A DNA stretch of 64,000 nt from Escherichia coli (GTDB lineage: Bacteria > Pseudomonadota > Gammaproteobacteria > Enterobacterales > Enterobacteriaceae): NCBI RefSeq assembly GCF_003334385.1, contig NZ_QOWN01000019.1. The stretch is one strand, 5' to 3'. Positions 20,966 to 33,059 of this stretch are shown one piece after another. The notes below the pieces were generated by a model. The model saw only the letters and a list, made by a program, of their open reading frames with translations. It did no database searches and had not been told where the DNA came from. Position 1 is the stretch's first letter, and the number at the start of each line of letters is the position of its first letter. Both the position numbers and the translations under genes were made by a program.

Positions 20966-22657
20966 ATGAGATACATCAAATCGATTACACAGCAGAAGCT
21001 GAGCTTTTTGCTTGCAATCTATATTGGCCTTTTTATGAATGGCGCGGTTTTTTACCGCCGCTTCGGCAGCTATGCGCACGATTTTACCGTCTGGAAAGGC
21101 ATTTCTGCTGTTGTTGAACTGGCCGCCACCGTACTGGTGACCTTCTTTTTACTACGTCTTCTTTCGCTGTTTGGCCGCCGCAGCTGGCGTATTCTGGCAT
21201 CGCTGGTGGTGCTCTTTTCCGCAGGTGCCAGCTATTACATGACCTTCCTTAATGTGGTCATTGGTTATGGCATCATCGCTTCCGTCATGACCACCGATAT
21301 CGACCTGTCAAAAGAAGTTGTTGGTCTGAACTTTATTCTCTGGTTAATCGCCGTTAGTGCATTGCCTCTTATCCTTATCTGGAATAACCGCTGTCGCTAC
21401 ACCTTGCTCCGACAACTGCGAACCCCAGGGCAGCGTATTCGCAGCCTGGCGGTCGTCGTACTGGCGGGTATTATGGTTTGGGCACCGATTCGTTTGCTGG
21501 ATATCCAGCAGAAGAAAGTGGAGAGGGCGACCGGCGTTGATTTGCCGAGTTATGGCGGTGTCGTAGCGAACTCTTATCTGCCATCAAACTGGCTTTCTGC
21601 GTTGGGGCTGTATGCCTGGGCGCGGGTCGATGAATCTTCCGATAATAATTCATTGCTTAATCCGGCGAAGAAATTCACTTATCAGGCACCGCAAAACGTT
21701 GATGACACTTATGTCGTGTTTATCATCGGTGAAACCACGCGTTGGGACCATATGGGTATTTTCGGCTATGAGCGTAATACCACGCCGAAACTGGCCCAGG
21801 AGAAAAATCTGGCGGCGTTCCGTGGTTACTCCTGTGATACCGCAACCAAACTCTCACTGCGTTGCATGTTTGTACGTCAGGGGGGCGCGGAAGATAATCC
21901 GCAGCGCACATTAAAAGAACAGAACATTTTCGCGGTTCTGAAGCAGTTAGGATTCAGTTCTGACCTCTACGCTATGCAGAGCGAAATGTGGTTCTACAGC
22001 AACACGATGGCGGACAACATTGCTTATCGTGAGCAGATTGGTGCGGAGCCACGTAATCGTGGCAAGCCGGTAGATGATATGTTGCTGGTAGACGAAATGC
22101 AGCAATCGCTAGGGCGCAACCCGGATGGTAAGCATCTGATCATTCTGCATACCAAAGGTTCGCATTTTAACTACACCCAGCGTTATCCGCGTAGCTTCGC
22201 GCAGTGGAAGCCGGAATGTATTGGTGTTGATAGCGGCTGTACCAAAGCGCAGATGATCAACTCCTATGACAACTCGGTGACCTATGTGGATCACTTTATC
22301 TCCAGCGTGATTGATCAGGTTCGCGATAAGAAAGCGATTGTGTTCTACGCAGCTGACCACGGTGAGTCAATTAATGAACGCGAGCACCTGCACGGCACGC
22401 CGCGTGAACTGGCACCGCCGGAGCAGTTCCGCGTACCGATGATGGTCTGGATGTCAGATAAATATCTGGAAAATCCGGCCAATGCGCAGGCGTTTGCGCA
22501 GCTGAAAAAAGAAGCCGACATGAAAGTGCCACGCCGTCACGTAGAGCTGTACGATACCATCATGGGTTGTCTTGGCTATACTTCACCGGATGGTGGAATT
22601 AACGAAAACAACAACTGGTGTCACATCCCGCAGGCAAAAGAGGCAGCGGCTAACTAA
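20966..22657 (+). CDS. eptB: Kdo2-lipid A phosphoethanolamine transferase (563 aa)
   Basis: Start [12 protein letters not shown] at 20966; N-terminal membrane domain plus sulfatase-type catalytic domain. Confidence 0.9.
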
Positions 22658-22707
22658 GCGGCCTGCTGACTTTCTCGCCGATCAAAAGGCATTTTGCTAT
22701 TAAGGGA

Positions 22708-22736
22708 TTGACGAGGGCGTATCTGCGCAGTAAGAT
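22708..22736 (+). promoter_or_regulatory. Sigma-70 promoter of tRNA-Pro with GC-rich discriminator
   Basis: -35 TTGACG (22708-22713), 17-bp spacer, -10 TAAGAT (22731-22736), then GCGCCCC before the tRNA 5' end. Confidence 0.75.
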
Positions 22737-22748
22737 GCGCCCCGCATT

Positions 22749-22825
<77 letters not shown>

Positions 22826-22835
22826 AATTCGAAAA

Positions 22836-22860
22836 GCCTGCTCAACGAGCAGGCTTTTTT
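22836..22860 (+). terminator. Rho-independent terminator after tRNA-Pro
   Basis: GCCTGCTC-AACG-AGCAGGC followed by TTTTTT. Confidence 0.85.
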
Positions 22861-22915
22861 GCATCTGCAGCTCATGAGGATGAGAACCTCCGGGGGCAGG
22901 GAGGTTCGACTCGAC

Positions 22916-23002
22916 GTAGGCCTGATAAGACGCGTCAGCGTCGCATCAGGCAAATGTGCCGGCCATTGTCGGATGCGGCGCGACCGCCTTATTCGACCTA
23001 CA
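22916..23002. repeat. REP (repetitive extragenic palindromic) elements
   Basis: GTAGGCCTGATAAGACGCGTCAGCGTCGCATCAGGC and a degenerate GCCGG..GGATGCGGCG..CCTAC unit. Confidence 0.75.
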
Positions 23003-23534
23003 CGACACACATTTCCCTGCCAAATTTGCGCCCCATATCTCACTATCCATTAACGGATTTGTGACAGAAACCATTGTCTTTTTTTATATTTGCTTAAATC
23101 TTTTTTTGCGTTACTTATGGCTGGCCCTGGCATTTTCCGCTGTGCGTTTTAGCGTTCATGGTATTAATCGCTCAGATATCCACCTTTTCCTCAGATTTTT
23201 TTCATTAAATGCATAAAACTTAATCACCAAATGTTGCTAAATATTAAGCTGATTGTTCTGGTCATGTTGGAGTAGCACAAATTTCTCTGCTGCAAATAGC
23301 TGTTTGAAGTTTTTTTAATCTTTGTTTGTGGATTCTCACCGTTGGTGTAAATCCCGGTTGGCTGTATTGACGTTTTCACATTCTGTTGACAGATTGTAGG
23401 TCACGAGGGGCATTTTATGGAGGATCCGCACTGTTACACTGATGTTAATTAGTACGGCATCCCCACCTCATAACGTTGACCCGACCGGGCAAAAAACAAA
23501 AAAGGTCAGGCAGCGACAACCCACTGCAAAGGGT

Positions 23535-23567
23535 TAAAACAACAAACATCACAATTGGAGCAGAATA
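23535..23567 (+). promoter_or_regulatory. dppA 5' UTR CA-rich element (expected GcvB sRNA target) and RBS
   Basis: AAAACAACAAACATCACAATTGGAGC immediately upstream of dppA ATG. Confidence 0.5.
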
Positions 23568-25175
23568 ATGCGTATTTCCTTGAAAAAGTCAGGGATGCTG
23601 AAGCTTGGTCTCAGCCTGGTGGCTATGACCGTCGCAGCAAGTGTTCAGGCTAAAACTCTGGTTTATTGCTCAGAAGGATCTCCGGAAGGGTTTAACCCGC
23701 AGCTGTTTACCTCCGGCACCACCTATGACGCCTCTTCCGTCCCGCTTTATAACCGTCTGGTTGAATTTAAAATCGGCACCACCGAAGTGATCCCGGGCCT
23801 CGCTGAAAAGTGGGAAGTCAGCGAAGACGGTAAAACCTATACCTTCCATCTGCGTAAAGGTGTGAAGTGGCACGACAATAAAGAATTCAAACCGACGCGT
23901 GAACTGAACGCCGATGATGTGGTGTTCTCGTTCGATCGTCAGAAAAACGCGCAAAACCCGTACCATAAAGTTTCTGGCGGCAGCTACGAATACTTCGAAG
24001 GCATGGGCTTGCCAGAGCTGATCAGTGAAGTGAAAAAGGTGGACGACAACACCGTTCAGTTTGTGCTGACTCGCCCGGAAGCGCCGTTCCTCGCTGACCT
24101 GGCAATGGACTTCGCCTCTATTCTGTCAAAAGAATATGCTGATGCGATGATGAAAGCCGGTACACCGGAAAAACTGGACCTCAACCCAATCGGAACCGGT
24201 CCGTTCCAGTTACAGCAGTATCAAAAAGATTCCCGTATCCGCTACAAAGCGTTTGATGGCTACTGGGGCACCAAACCGCAGATCGATACGCTGGTTTTCT
24301 CTATTACCCCTGACGCTTCCGTGCGTTACGCGAAATTGCAGAAGAATGAATGCCAGGTGATGCCGTACCCGAACCCGGCAGATATCGCTCGCATGAAGCA
24401 GGATAAATCCATCAATCTGATGGAAATGCCGGGGCTGAACGTCGGTTATCTCTCGTATAACGTGCAGAAAAAACCACTCGATGACGTGAAAGTTCGCCAG
24501 GCTCTGACCTACGCGGTGAACAAAGACGCGATCATCAAAGCGGTTTATCAGGGCGCGGGCGTATCAGCGAAAAACCTGATCCCGCCAACCATGTGGGGCT
24601 ATAACGACGACGTTCAGGACTACACCTACGATCCTGAAAAAGCGAAAGCCTTGCTGAAAGAAGCGGGTCTGGAAAAAGGTTTCTCCATCGACCTGTGGGC
24701 GATGCCGGTACAACGTCCGTATAACCCGAACGCTCGCCGCATGGCGGAGATGATTCAGGCAGACTGGGCGAAAGTCGGCGTGCAGGCCAAAATTGTCACC
24801 TACGAATGGGGTGAGTACCTCAAGCGTGCGAAAGATGGCGAGCACCAGACGGTAATGATGGGCTGGACTGGCGATAACGGGGATCCGGATAACTTCTTCG
24901 CCACCCTGTTCAGCTGCGCCGCCTCTGAACAAGGCTCCAACTACTCAAAATGGTGCTACAAACCGTTTGAAGATCTGATTCAACCGGCGCGTGCTACCGA
25001 CGACCACAATAAACGCGTTGAACTGTACAAACAAGCGCAGGTGGTGATGCACGATCAGGCTCCGGCACTGATCATCGCTCACTCCACCGTGTTTGAACCG
25101 GTACGTAAAGAAGTTAAAGGCTATGTGGTTGATCCATTAGGCAAACATCACTTCGAAAACGTCTCTATCGAATAA
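23568..25175 (+). CDS. dppA: Dipeptide ABC transporter periplasmic binding protein (535 aa)
   Basis: Track ORF; signal peptide; family-5 solute-binding protein. Confidence 0.95.
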   Translation: MRISLKKSGMLKLGLSLVAMTVAASVQAKTLVYCSEGSPEGFNPQLFTSGTTYDASSVPLYNRLVEFKIGTTEVIPGLAEKWEVSEDGKTYTFHLRKGVKWHDNKEFKPTRELNADDVVFSFDRQKNAQNPYHKVSGGSYEYFEGMGLPELISEVKKVDDNTVQFVLTRPEAPFLADLAMDFASILSKEYADAMMKAGTPEKLDLNPIGTGPFQLQQYQKDSRIRYKAFDGYWGTKPQIDTLVFSITPDASVRYAKLQKNECQVMPYPNPADIARMKQDKSINLMEMPGLNVGYLSYNVQKKPLDDVKVRQALTYAVNKDAIIKAVYQGAGVSAKNLIPPTMWGYNDDVQDYTYDPEKAKALLKEAGLEKGFSIDLWAMPVQRPYNPNARRMAEMIQADWAKVGVQAKIVTYEWGEYLKRAKDGEHQTVMMGWTGDNGDPDNFFATLFSCAASEQGSNYSKWCYKPFEDLIQPARATDDHNKRVELYKQAQVVMHDQAPALIIAHSTVFEPVRKEVKGYVVDPLGKHHFENVSIE

Positions 25176-25212
25176 TTAAAAGCCATACAAGACTGATGGC
25201 AAAGGCAAAAAT

Positions 25213-25310
25213 GCCTGATGCGCTCCTCTTATCAGGCCTACGAAAATTCTGCAATGTATTGAATTTGCACGATTTTGTAGGCCGGATAAGGCGTTAACGC
25301 CGCATCCGGC
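25213..25310. repeat. BIME: two inverted REP elements between dppA and dppB
   Basis: GCCTGATGCGCTCCTCTTATCAGGCCTAC and GTAGGCCGGATAAGGCGTTAACGCCGCATCCGGC. Confidence 0.85.
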
Positions 25311-25482
25311 ATAAACAAAGCGCACTTTGTCAACAATCTGTATACCCGGTGGCGCTGTGCCTCTGCGTGCAGCGCCATCCGGCAGCAATACTTCATTCCC
25401 TGTCCGATAAGGGCGGGAATTGATTTGTGAGCAATACAGACACGCAGTTCCAGGCTGCGGGTCACTATAGAGAATCCGGGTT

Positions 25483-26502
25483 ATGTTGCAGTTTATTCTC
25501 CGACGTTTGGGACTCGTCATCCCCACGTTTATCGGTATTACCCTTCTCACATTTGCCTTTGTCCACATGATCCCGGGCGATCCGGTGATGATCATGGCGG
25601 GCGAACGTGGGATCTCCCCAGAGCGTCACGCGCAGCTGCTGGCTGAACTCGGCTTAGATAAACCGATGTGGCAGCAGTATCTCCATTACATTTGGGGCGT
25701 TATGCATGGCGATCTAGGCATTTCAATGAAAAGCCGCATCCCGGTTTGGGAAGAGTTCGTGCCGCGCTTCCAGGCCACGCTGGAACTTGGCGTCTGCGCG
25801 ATGATTTTTGCTACGGCAGTCGGTATTCCGGTCGGCGTGCTGGCTGCGGTTAAACGCGGTTCCATTTTCGATCACACAGCGGTTGGCCTGGCGCTGACAG
25901 GTTATTCAATGCCTATCTTCTGGTGGGGCATGATGCTGATCATGCTGGTTTCGGTGCACTGGAACCTGACGCCCGTCTCCGGTCGCGTGAGCGATATGGT
26001 GTTCCTCGATGACTCCAATCCGTTAACCGGTTTTATGCTAATCGACACCGCCATCTGGGGTGAAGACGGCAACTTTATCGATGCCGTCGCCCATATGATC
26101 TTGCCTGCCATTGTGCTGGGTACTATTCCGCTGGCGGTCATTGTGCGTATGACACGCTCCTCGATGCTGGAAGTGCTGGGCGAGGATTACATCCGCACCG
26201 CGCGCGCCAAAGGGCTAACCCGCATGCGGGTGATTATCGTCCATGCGCTGCGTAACGCGATGCTGCCGGTGGTGACCGTTATCGGCCTGCAGGTGGGAAC
26301 ATTGCTGGCGGGGGCGATTCTGACCGAAACCATCTTCTCGTGGCCCGGTCTGGGACGCTGGTTGATTGACGCACTGCAACGCCGCGACTATCCGGTAGTG
26401 CAGGGCGGCGTATTGCTGGTGGCGACGATGATTATCCTCGTCAACTTGCTGGTCGATCTGCTGTACGGCGTGGTGAACCCGCGTATTCGTCATAAGAAGT
26501 AA
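25483..26502 (+). CDS. dppB: Dipeptide ABC transporter permease (339 aa)
   Basis: Track ORF; permease EAA-loop region. Confidence 0.95.
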   Translation: MLQFILRRLGLVIPTFIGITLLTFAFVHMIPGDPVMIMAGERGISPERHAQLLAELGLDKPMWQQYLHYIWGVMHGDLGISMKSRIPVWEEFVPRFQATLELGVCAMIFATAVGIPVGVLAAVKRGSIFDHTAVGLALTGYSMPIFWWGMMLIMLVSVHWNLTPVSGRVSDMVFLDDSNPLTGFMLIDTAIWGEDGNFIDAVAHMILPAIVLGTIPLAVIVRMTRSSMLEVLGEDYIRTARAKGLTRMRVIIVHALRNAMLPVVTVIGLQVGTLLAGAILTETIFSWPGLGRWLIDALQRRDYPVVQGGVLLVATMIILVNLLVDLLYGVVNPRIRHKK

Positions 26503-26511
26503 GGGGACATC

Positions 26512-27414
26512 ATGTCACAGGTTACTGAAAATAAAGTGATTAGCGCACCGGTGCCGATGACCCCGTTACAGGAGTTCTGGCACTATTTTAAACGCAACAA
26601 AGGCGCGGTCGTCGGGCTGGTTTACGTCGTCATCGTGCTGTTCATCGCGATCTTTGCCAACTGGATTGCACCCTATAACCCGGCGGAACAGTTCCGCGAT
26701 GCACTGCTCGCCCCGCCAGCCTGGCAGGAAGGCGGCAGCATGGCGCACTTGCTGGGCACCGATGACGTAGGCCGTGATGTGCTGTCGCGCCTGATGTACG
26801 GTGCGCGCCTGTCGCTGCTGGTTGGCTGTCTGGTAGTTGTGTTATCGCTGATTATGGGCGTTATTCTCGGCCTGATCGCCGGTTACTTTGGCGGCCTGGT
26901 CGATAACATCATTATGCGCGTGGTCGATATCATGCTGGCGCTGCCAAGTCTGCTGCTGGCGCTGGTGCTGGTGGCAATTTTCGGCCCGTCGATTGGTAAC
27001 GCCGCGCTGGCACTGACCTTCGTTGCCTTGCCGCACTATGTGCGCTTAACCCGCGCCGCCGTGCTGGTGGAAGTTAACCGCGATTACGTCACCGCGTCTC
27101 GCGTGGCGGGTGCCGGGGCGATGCGTCAGATGTTTATTAACATCTTCCCGAACTGCCTTGCGCCGCTGATTGTTCAGGCGTCGCTCGGTTTCTCTAACGC
27201 CATTCTCGATATGGCTGCTCTTGGTTTCCTCGGCATGGGGGCACAGCCGCCAACGCCTGAGTGGGGCACCATGCTCTCCGACGTGTTGCAGTTCGCGCAA
27301 AGCGCCTGGTGGGTCGTGACCTTCCCGGGTCTGGCGATCCTGCTGACGGTGCTGGCATTTAACCTGATGGGTGACGGTCTGCGTGACGCGCTCGATCCCA
27401 AACTGAAGCAGTAA
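26512..27414 (+). CDS. dppC: Dipeptide ABC transporter permease (300 aa)
   Basis: Track ORF. Confidence 0.95.
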
Positions 27415-27424
27415 GAGGTTCGAG

Positions 27425-28408
27425 ATGGCGTTATTAAATGTAGATAAATTATCGGTGCATTTCGGCGACGAAAGCGCGCCGTTCCGCGCCGTAGACCGCA
27501 TCAGCTACAGCGTAAAACAGGGCGAAGTGGTCGGGATTGTGGGTGAGTCCGGCTCCGGTAAGTCGGTCAGTTCACTGGCGATTATGGGGCTGATTGATTA
27601 TCCGGGCCGCGTAATGGCAGAAAAACTGGAGTTTAACGGCCAGGATTTGCAGCGTATCTCAGAAAAAGAGCGCCGCAACCTGGTGGGTGCCGAAGTGGCG
27701 ATGATCTTCCAGGACCCGATGACCAGCCTTAACCCGTGCTACACCGTGGGTTTCCAGATTATGGAAGCGATTAAGGTGCATCAGGGCGGCAACAAAAGTA
27801 CCCGCCGTCAGCGAGCGATTGACCTGCTGAATCAGGTCGGTATTCCCGATCCGGCATCGCGTCTGGATGTTTACCCGCATCAGCTTTCCGGCGGCATGAG
27901 CCAGCGCGTGATGATCGCCATGGCGATTGCCTGTCGGCCAAAACTGCTGATTGCCGATGAACCGACCACCGCGCTGGACGTGACCATTCAGGCGCAAATC
28001 ATCGAACTACTGCTGGAGCTACAGCAGAAAGAGAACATGGCGCTGGTGTTAATTACCCATGACCTGGCGCTGGTGGCGGAAGCGGCACATAAAATCATCG
28101 TGATGTATGCAGGCCAGGTGGTGGAAACCGGTGATGCGCACGCCATCTTCCATGCGCCGCGTCACCCGTATACTCAGGCATTGCTGCGTGCGCTGCCAGA
28201 ATTTGCTCAGGACAAAGAACGTCTGGCGTCGTTGCCAGGTGTCGTTCCCGGCAAGTACGACCGCCCGAACGGCTGCCTGCTTAACCCGCGCTGCCCCTAT
28301 GCCACTGACAGATGTCGCGCTGAAGAACCGGCGCTGAATATGCTCGCTGACGGGCGTCAGTCCAAATGCCATTACCCACTTGATGATGCCGGGAGGCCGA
28401 CACTATGA
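27425..28408 (+). CDS. dppD: Dipeptide ABC transporter ATPase (327 aa)
   Basis: Walker [12 protein letters not shown] signature LSGGMSQR. Confidence 0.95.
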
Positions 28409-29409
28409 GTACGCAAGAGGCCACCCTGCAACAACCGCTGTTGCAGGCTATCGACCTGAAAAAACATTATCCGGTGAAGAAAGGCATGTTCGCGCCGGAA
28501 CGTCTGGTTAAAGCGCTGGATGGCGTTTCGTTTAACCTTGAACGTGGCAAAACGCTGGCAGTAGTGGGCGAATCTGGCTGCGGTAAATCGACCCTCGGTC
28601 GGTTGCTGACGATGATTGAAATGCCCACCGGTGGCGAGCTGTATTACCAGGGGCAGGATCTGCTTAAGCACGATCCGCAGGCGCAGAAGCTGCGTCGGCA
28701 GAAAATCCAGATCGTCTTCCAGAACCCTTACGGTTCGCTGAATCCGCGTAAAAAAGTCGGGCAAATTCTTGAAGAGCCGCTGCTGATCAACACCAGCTTA
28801 AGCAAAGAACAGCGTCGGGAAAAAGCCCTGTCGATGATGGCGAAAGTCGGCCTGAAAACCGAGCACTATGACCGCTATCCGCATATGTTCTCCGGCGGTC
28901 AGCGTCAGCGTATCGCCATCGCCCGTGGTCTGATGCTCGACCCGGATGTGGTGATTGCCGATGAACCGGTTTCCGCGCTGGATGTTTCAGTGCGCGCGCA
29001 GGTGCTGAATCTGATGATGGATTTGCAGCAGGAGTTGGGGCTGTCTTATGTCTTTATCTCCCACGACCTGTCGGTGGTGGAGCACATTGCTGATGAAGTG
29101 ATGGTGATGTACCTGGGCCGCTGCGTGGAGAAGGGAACGAAAGACCAAATCTTCAATAACCCGCGCCATCCGTACACTCAGGCGCTACTTTCCGCGACGC
29201 CGCGCCTGAACCCGGACGATCGCCGCGAGCGCATCAAGCTCAGCGGTGAACTACCAAGCCCACTGAATCCACCGCCGGGTTGCGCCTTCAACGCCCGCTG
29301 TCGTCGGCGCTTCGGCCCCTGCACCCAGTTGCAGCCGCAGCTAAAAGACTACGGCGGTCAACTGGTAGCTTGTTTTGCTGTTGATCAGGATGAAAATCCG
29401 CAGCGTTAA
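28405..29409 (+). CDS. dppF: Dipeptide ABC transporter ATPase (334 aa)
   Basis: Walker [10 protein letters not shown], signature FSGGQRQR; 4-nt overlap with dppD. Confidence 0.95.
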
Positions 29410-29438
29410 CTCACAAAACCGGGGCCATGCGCTCCGGT

Positions 29439-30710
29439 TTACTCAATCAGCTTCAACAGTGGCGACAAGCATAGCAAAATGCCGTACAGCAGAATCAGCC
29501 AGGCTTTAAATCCGCGAAGTTTTTCCAGTTGTGCGACTTTATAGATCAGGAAAAACGGAATGAGGCACGACACAATACCATATAACGGGCTTCCCAACTG
29601 AAAGAACACCAGCACCGATACACGAAACGAAACCCAAATCGTCAACGTAATGACGATAAAAGCGCAGATCGCCAGAGTCAGCACGCGTGAGTTAATTTTC
29701 TTGGTATCAATAATTCGGCTTAACAGATTGAGAATAATGCCTTTAATGGCCTCGTGGAAACCGAGATAAATGCCAAAGAATGCGGTCAGTACGGCAAAGA
29801 TATTAAGCACCGTAGAGGTGATATGAATGATATGCCCAGGGATCACCTGCGCGGCCAGCGCCAGTGCTGAGATATTTTGTTCAAAGGCAGAAACGGCTTC
29901 TTCGTGGCTAATTGAGAAGGTAAACGAAAAGGCAAAAAACAGGATCACCGCGATGAGCGTGATATAACTAATTCGGTGGGTACGCAGCGCGAGCCGGGTT
30001 GCCAGTACTTTATCCGCTTCCCGTTTACGATAGGCAATATTCATTGGGTTAAGTACCTGAATAAATACTGCAGAAAAGAAGCAAAATGGAATGGTAAGCA
30101 AGACATCGCGGAAAAAGACGGAGGCTTGCGGGAAGGCGGTTATATTGGCGAAATTCCAGTGCGGGATCATCGCAAAACCGAACACGACAATAATCCCTAC
30201 TTTGACCACCACCATTGGCCCGGAAATCTTAAACAGTAATCGTTCACCACCAGACGCAATCGCCACCAGTACGGCGAAAATAGCGACTTTATAAAGTAGA
30301 GATTGTGAAAGATCGGCATCGGTTAAACCGAAGGTTTTCAGGTACGAGGCGCTGTCGAAAACCACGGAGAGAGAGTAGATAAAAATCCCGTGGATAATCA
30401 TCAAAAAGTAGATAACCCCGAGGAAAATTCCCCAGTTCTTCCCCAGGTAATGACTGATAATATCGGTGTAGTCATTACAGGAATCGCTTTCAGAAAGGGT
30501 TTTTAAATAAATGTCCTGCACTACCCAGGTGGCAGGATAAGCAATGATCGCTGCGGTAATAAATACCCAAATTCCCTTCAAGCCAATTTGTACTGGCATC
30601 AGCACGGTTCCGGCACCAATCGCCATGCCTATGCATAATAAAACCCAGCCGAAGTCGTAGCGTGTAAACGGCAATTTCTGATTGTGTTTCGATAGTGTGT
30701 TGTGCTGCAT
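29439..30710 (-). CDS. yhjV: HAAAP-family (hydroxy/aromatic amino acid permease-like) inner membrane transporter (423 aa)
   Basis: Start [13 protein letters not shown] (complement of 30708-30710); polytopic membrane protein. Confidence 0.85.
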
Positions 30711-31070
30711 AAAGTCCTGTCCAGAAAGAAGTCGGCCTCGCAAAAATGAATAAACCCAGTTTCTCTTGCGCAACAGGTGGAGAAGTCGAATACGCAGTAT
30801 GTAAAAAATGAGGCAACAGATTCACTGGGGAGGTCGCGAGGAGGCGCAATTCTACAAAATTGCGCATTTCACTACCAGTCTGGAGTCAGCCCGGATATGA
30901 ACTGCAACTATTGCAAATAAAGAAATTAAGCTGGAAGGCATCGCGCAATGAGGAAGATTGCCGGGTGCTGACAGTAAAAAGCAATCGTAGAATCAGCGGC
31001 AAGCCGGAAAGGTTCCGGTGAGGCGCAATGTTGCGGGGGCTTTATCCCTGGTGGCATTGGTTGCTGGAGA

Positions 31071-31136
31071 GAGAAAACCCCCGCACGTTGCAGGTATGCA
31101 CCTGACAACACCACGGGGGCTAATCTTGACTCTAGA
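31071..31136 (-). ncRNA. rdlD: Rdl antisense sRNA (antitoxin of LdrD), overlapping the ldrD leader
   Basis: Minus strand reads GTCTAGAGTCAAGATTAGCCCCCGTGGTGTTGTCAGGTGCATACCTGCAACGTGCGGGGGTTTTCTCTC, ending in a GC-stem plus U-run; boundaries approximate. Confidence 0.6.
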
Positions 31137-31185
31137 CCACTCAAGAATAGCCGCGAAACGTTGTCATTACAACACAGGCGGCTAT

Positions 31186-31293
31186 ATGACGTTCGCAGAG
31201 CTGGGCATGGCCTTCTGGCATGATTTAGCGGCTCCGGTCATTGCTGGCATTCTTGCCAGTATGATCGTGAACTGGCTGAACAAGCGGAAGTAA
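31186..31293 (+). CDS. ldrD: Ldr-family type I toxin peptide (35 aa)
   Basis: MTFAELGMAFWHDLAAPVIAGILASMIVNWLNKRK; it is the C-terminal part of track ORF 31018-31293. Confidence 0.85.
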   Translation: MTFAELGMAFWHDLAAPVIAGILASMIVNWLNKRK

Positions 31294-31343
31294 CGTGTCA
31301 TGCGGGCGTCAGGCTGCCGTAATGGCAATTTGCGCCCGGACCA

Positions 31344-31374
31344 GGCCGCAGGGGGGAAACTCTGCGGCCTTTTT
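31344..31374 (+). terminator. Hairpin terminator between ldrD and the convergent bcsG end
   Basis: GGCCGCAG-(GGGGGAAACT)-CTGCGGCC followed by TTTTT. Confidence 0.75.
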
Positions 31375-31379
31375 CGTTC

Positions 31380-33059
31380 TTACTGCGGGTAAGGCACCCA
31401 GTCGCCGCCGTTCAGGCGAACGTACGGTTTATCCTGGTATTGAATAACTACTGCATTTGAGTTCTCGGAGACCGGTGCTGTTTGTGGCAACCCACTGGTG
31501 AGTTTTTTCCAGTCAACATTGTCTTCGGTGAAAATCTTGCCATCGAGAACGCGAACCACCAGATCGGAGATAGCCAGGAAGCTGCTCGGTTGTTCGATGA
31601 CAATCGGTGCCCCCTGATGCGGTGCCTTCATGCCGAAGAATTTCACCCCAACGGGGACGTCGGTGATAGACGGGCTAGGGATATCACGTAGGCCAGATAC
31701 CTGCATTCTGTCGCCCTTCAGCGCGCCGCCGTGTTCCGGCACCACGACCACCATCACTTTACGACCCGATTTCTCAAGTTCAGTAAAGAAGGCGTCCAGT
31801 TCATCAAAGAATTTCTGCGCCCGCGCTTTGTAATCCGCTGTTTTGCTGACCCCCGGATAATGGTTGCCGTCATGCAGTGGAAGCGTGTTGTAGAACGTGG
31901 CACTACGGCTGTTTTTATCTTTTTCGGTAACGTCCAGCCAGCGGTTAAGCACAGCGGTATCGTCATAAACCGGCGAACCATCAAAGCCCAGCAAAATAAC
32001 CGGCAGATTTGTTTGATCCATCAATTCGCTCTGCATGCCGCCATTTTCGCGAACTTCTTTCAAAAAACCGCCGAACTGGCCGTTATGTCCCATCATCAGG
32101 TGCTGGGTAAAGCCCAGTTTCGAAAGGTTATCAAACAGATAGCAGTCGTTATTTGCCGGTTGATACAGATTAGTGTGCGAAGTCTGCCCGCAGCTGGCGC
32201 GCAGTAAACGGATCGCCGCCGGGCCACTGTAGGAGGTGGCGGAGTTAAAGTTCTTGAACTCAATATCGAAATGCGACCACAGTGGATGCGACATCAACCC
32301 GGCGGCTTCTATATCCGACCAGGAAAGCGAACAGATGTTAATCACCAGTAGTTCAAATGGCTGAGCATCAGCGGGCAGCGAAGACGGGAAGGTCGATTTA
32401 CGTTTCGCCTCCGCGTTATAGAAATTATTCAGCCAGGCGTTAAGGTTCGCCGTTGTTGGCGGTGCAGTTTGTGCGGGCATATCACCCACTACCGGTGCGC
32501 CACCCGTCGCCGCAACGGTTGCCGCTGCGTTACCACCCGTCGTTGTTACAGTGGTCGTCGGTTGTCCGGCTGGCCACAAGGAGAAACTTGGTCCCGCCAG
32601 GGTAAGTACGTTCAGCCATAGCAGTATGGCAACCACAAAAACGGTAATGCGAATCCATTGTGACAGGAATAACCAGGCCACTAATAAAACAAAAATGGCC
32701 CCAATCATCTGCCAGTTAATAAAGCGTGTGACAAGGTCGATTAAATAATCGGTACTGAACCCCGCCACCTGCGAACCCTGGCTCATTATGCTTTCCGGGC
32801 CAGGCAACCAGGTGTCATGCCAGAACAAAGCAAAGCCGATCGGCAGGGCAATCCAGTGGCGCAAGCGATGCAGGCTGTAGCGCGGAAGGGGCATCAGCAG
32901 AAACGCGGCAAACACCAAATTGAGGAGCGGATGGAAGTTAAGATATCCCGCCCACAACAGGCCGAACTTAACCAGAAAATAGAAGTTCCAGCCGGAAAGG
33001 CCGCGCCAGTATTGCCAGAGGGAAGAAGGCATGGCGGTATTTTGCGTAAATTGAGTCAT
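31380..33059 (-). CDS. bcsG: Cellulose phosphoethanolamine transferase (559 aa)
   Basis: N-terminal membrane domain plus periplasmic alkaline-phosphatase-like domain; last gene of bcsEFG. Confidence 0.92.

Noticed and set aside
31018-31185. First 56 codons of the 91-aa track ORF containing ldrD
   Set aside because: Only the last 35 codons match the Ldr toxin peptide; the upstream part overlaps the rdlD antisense region and is read as untranslated leader
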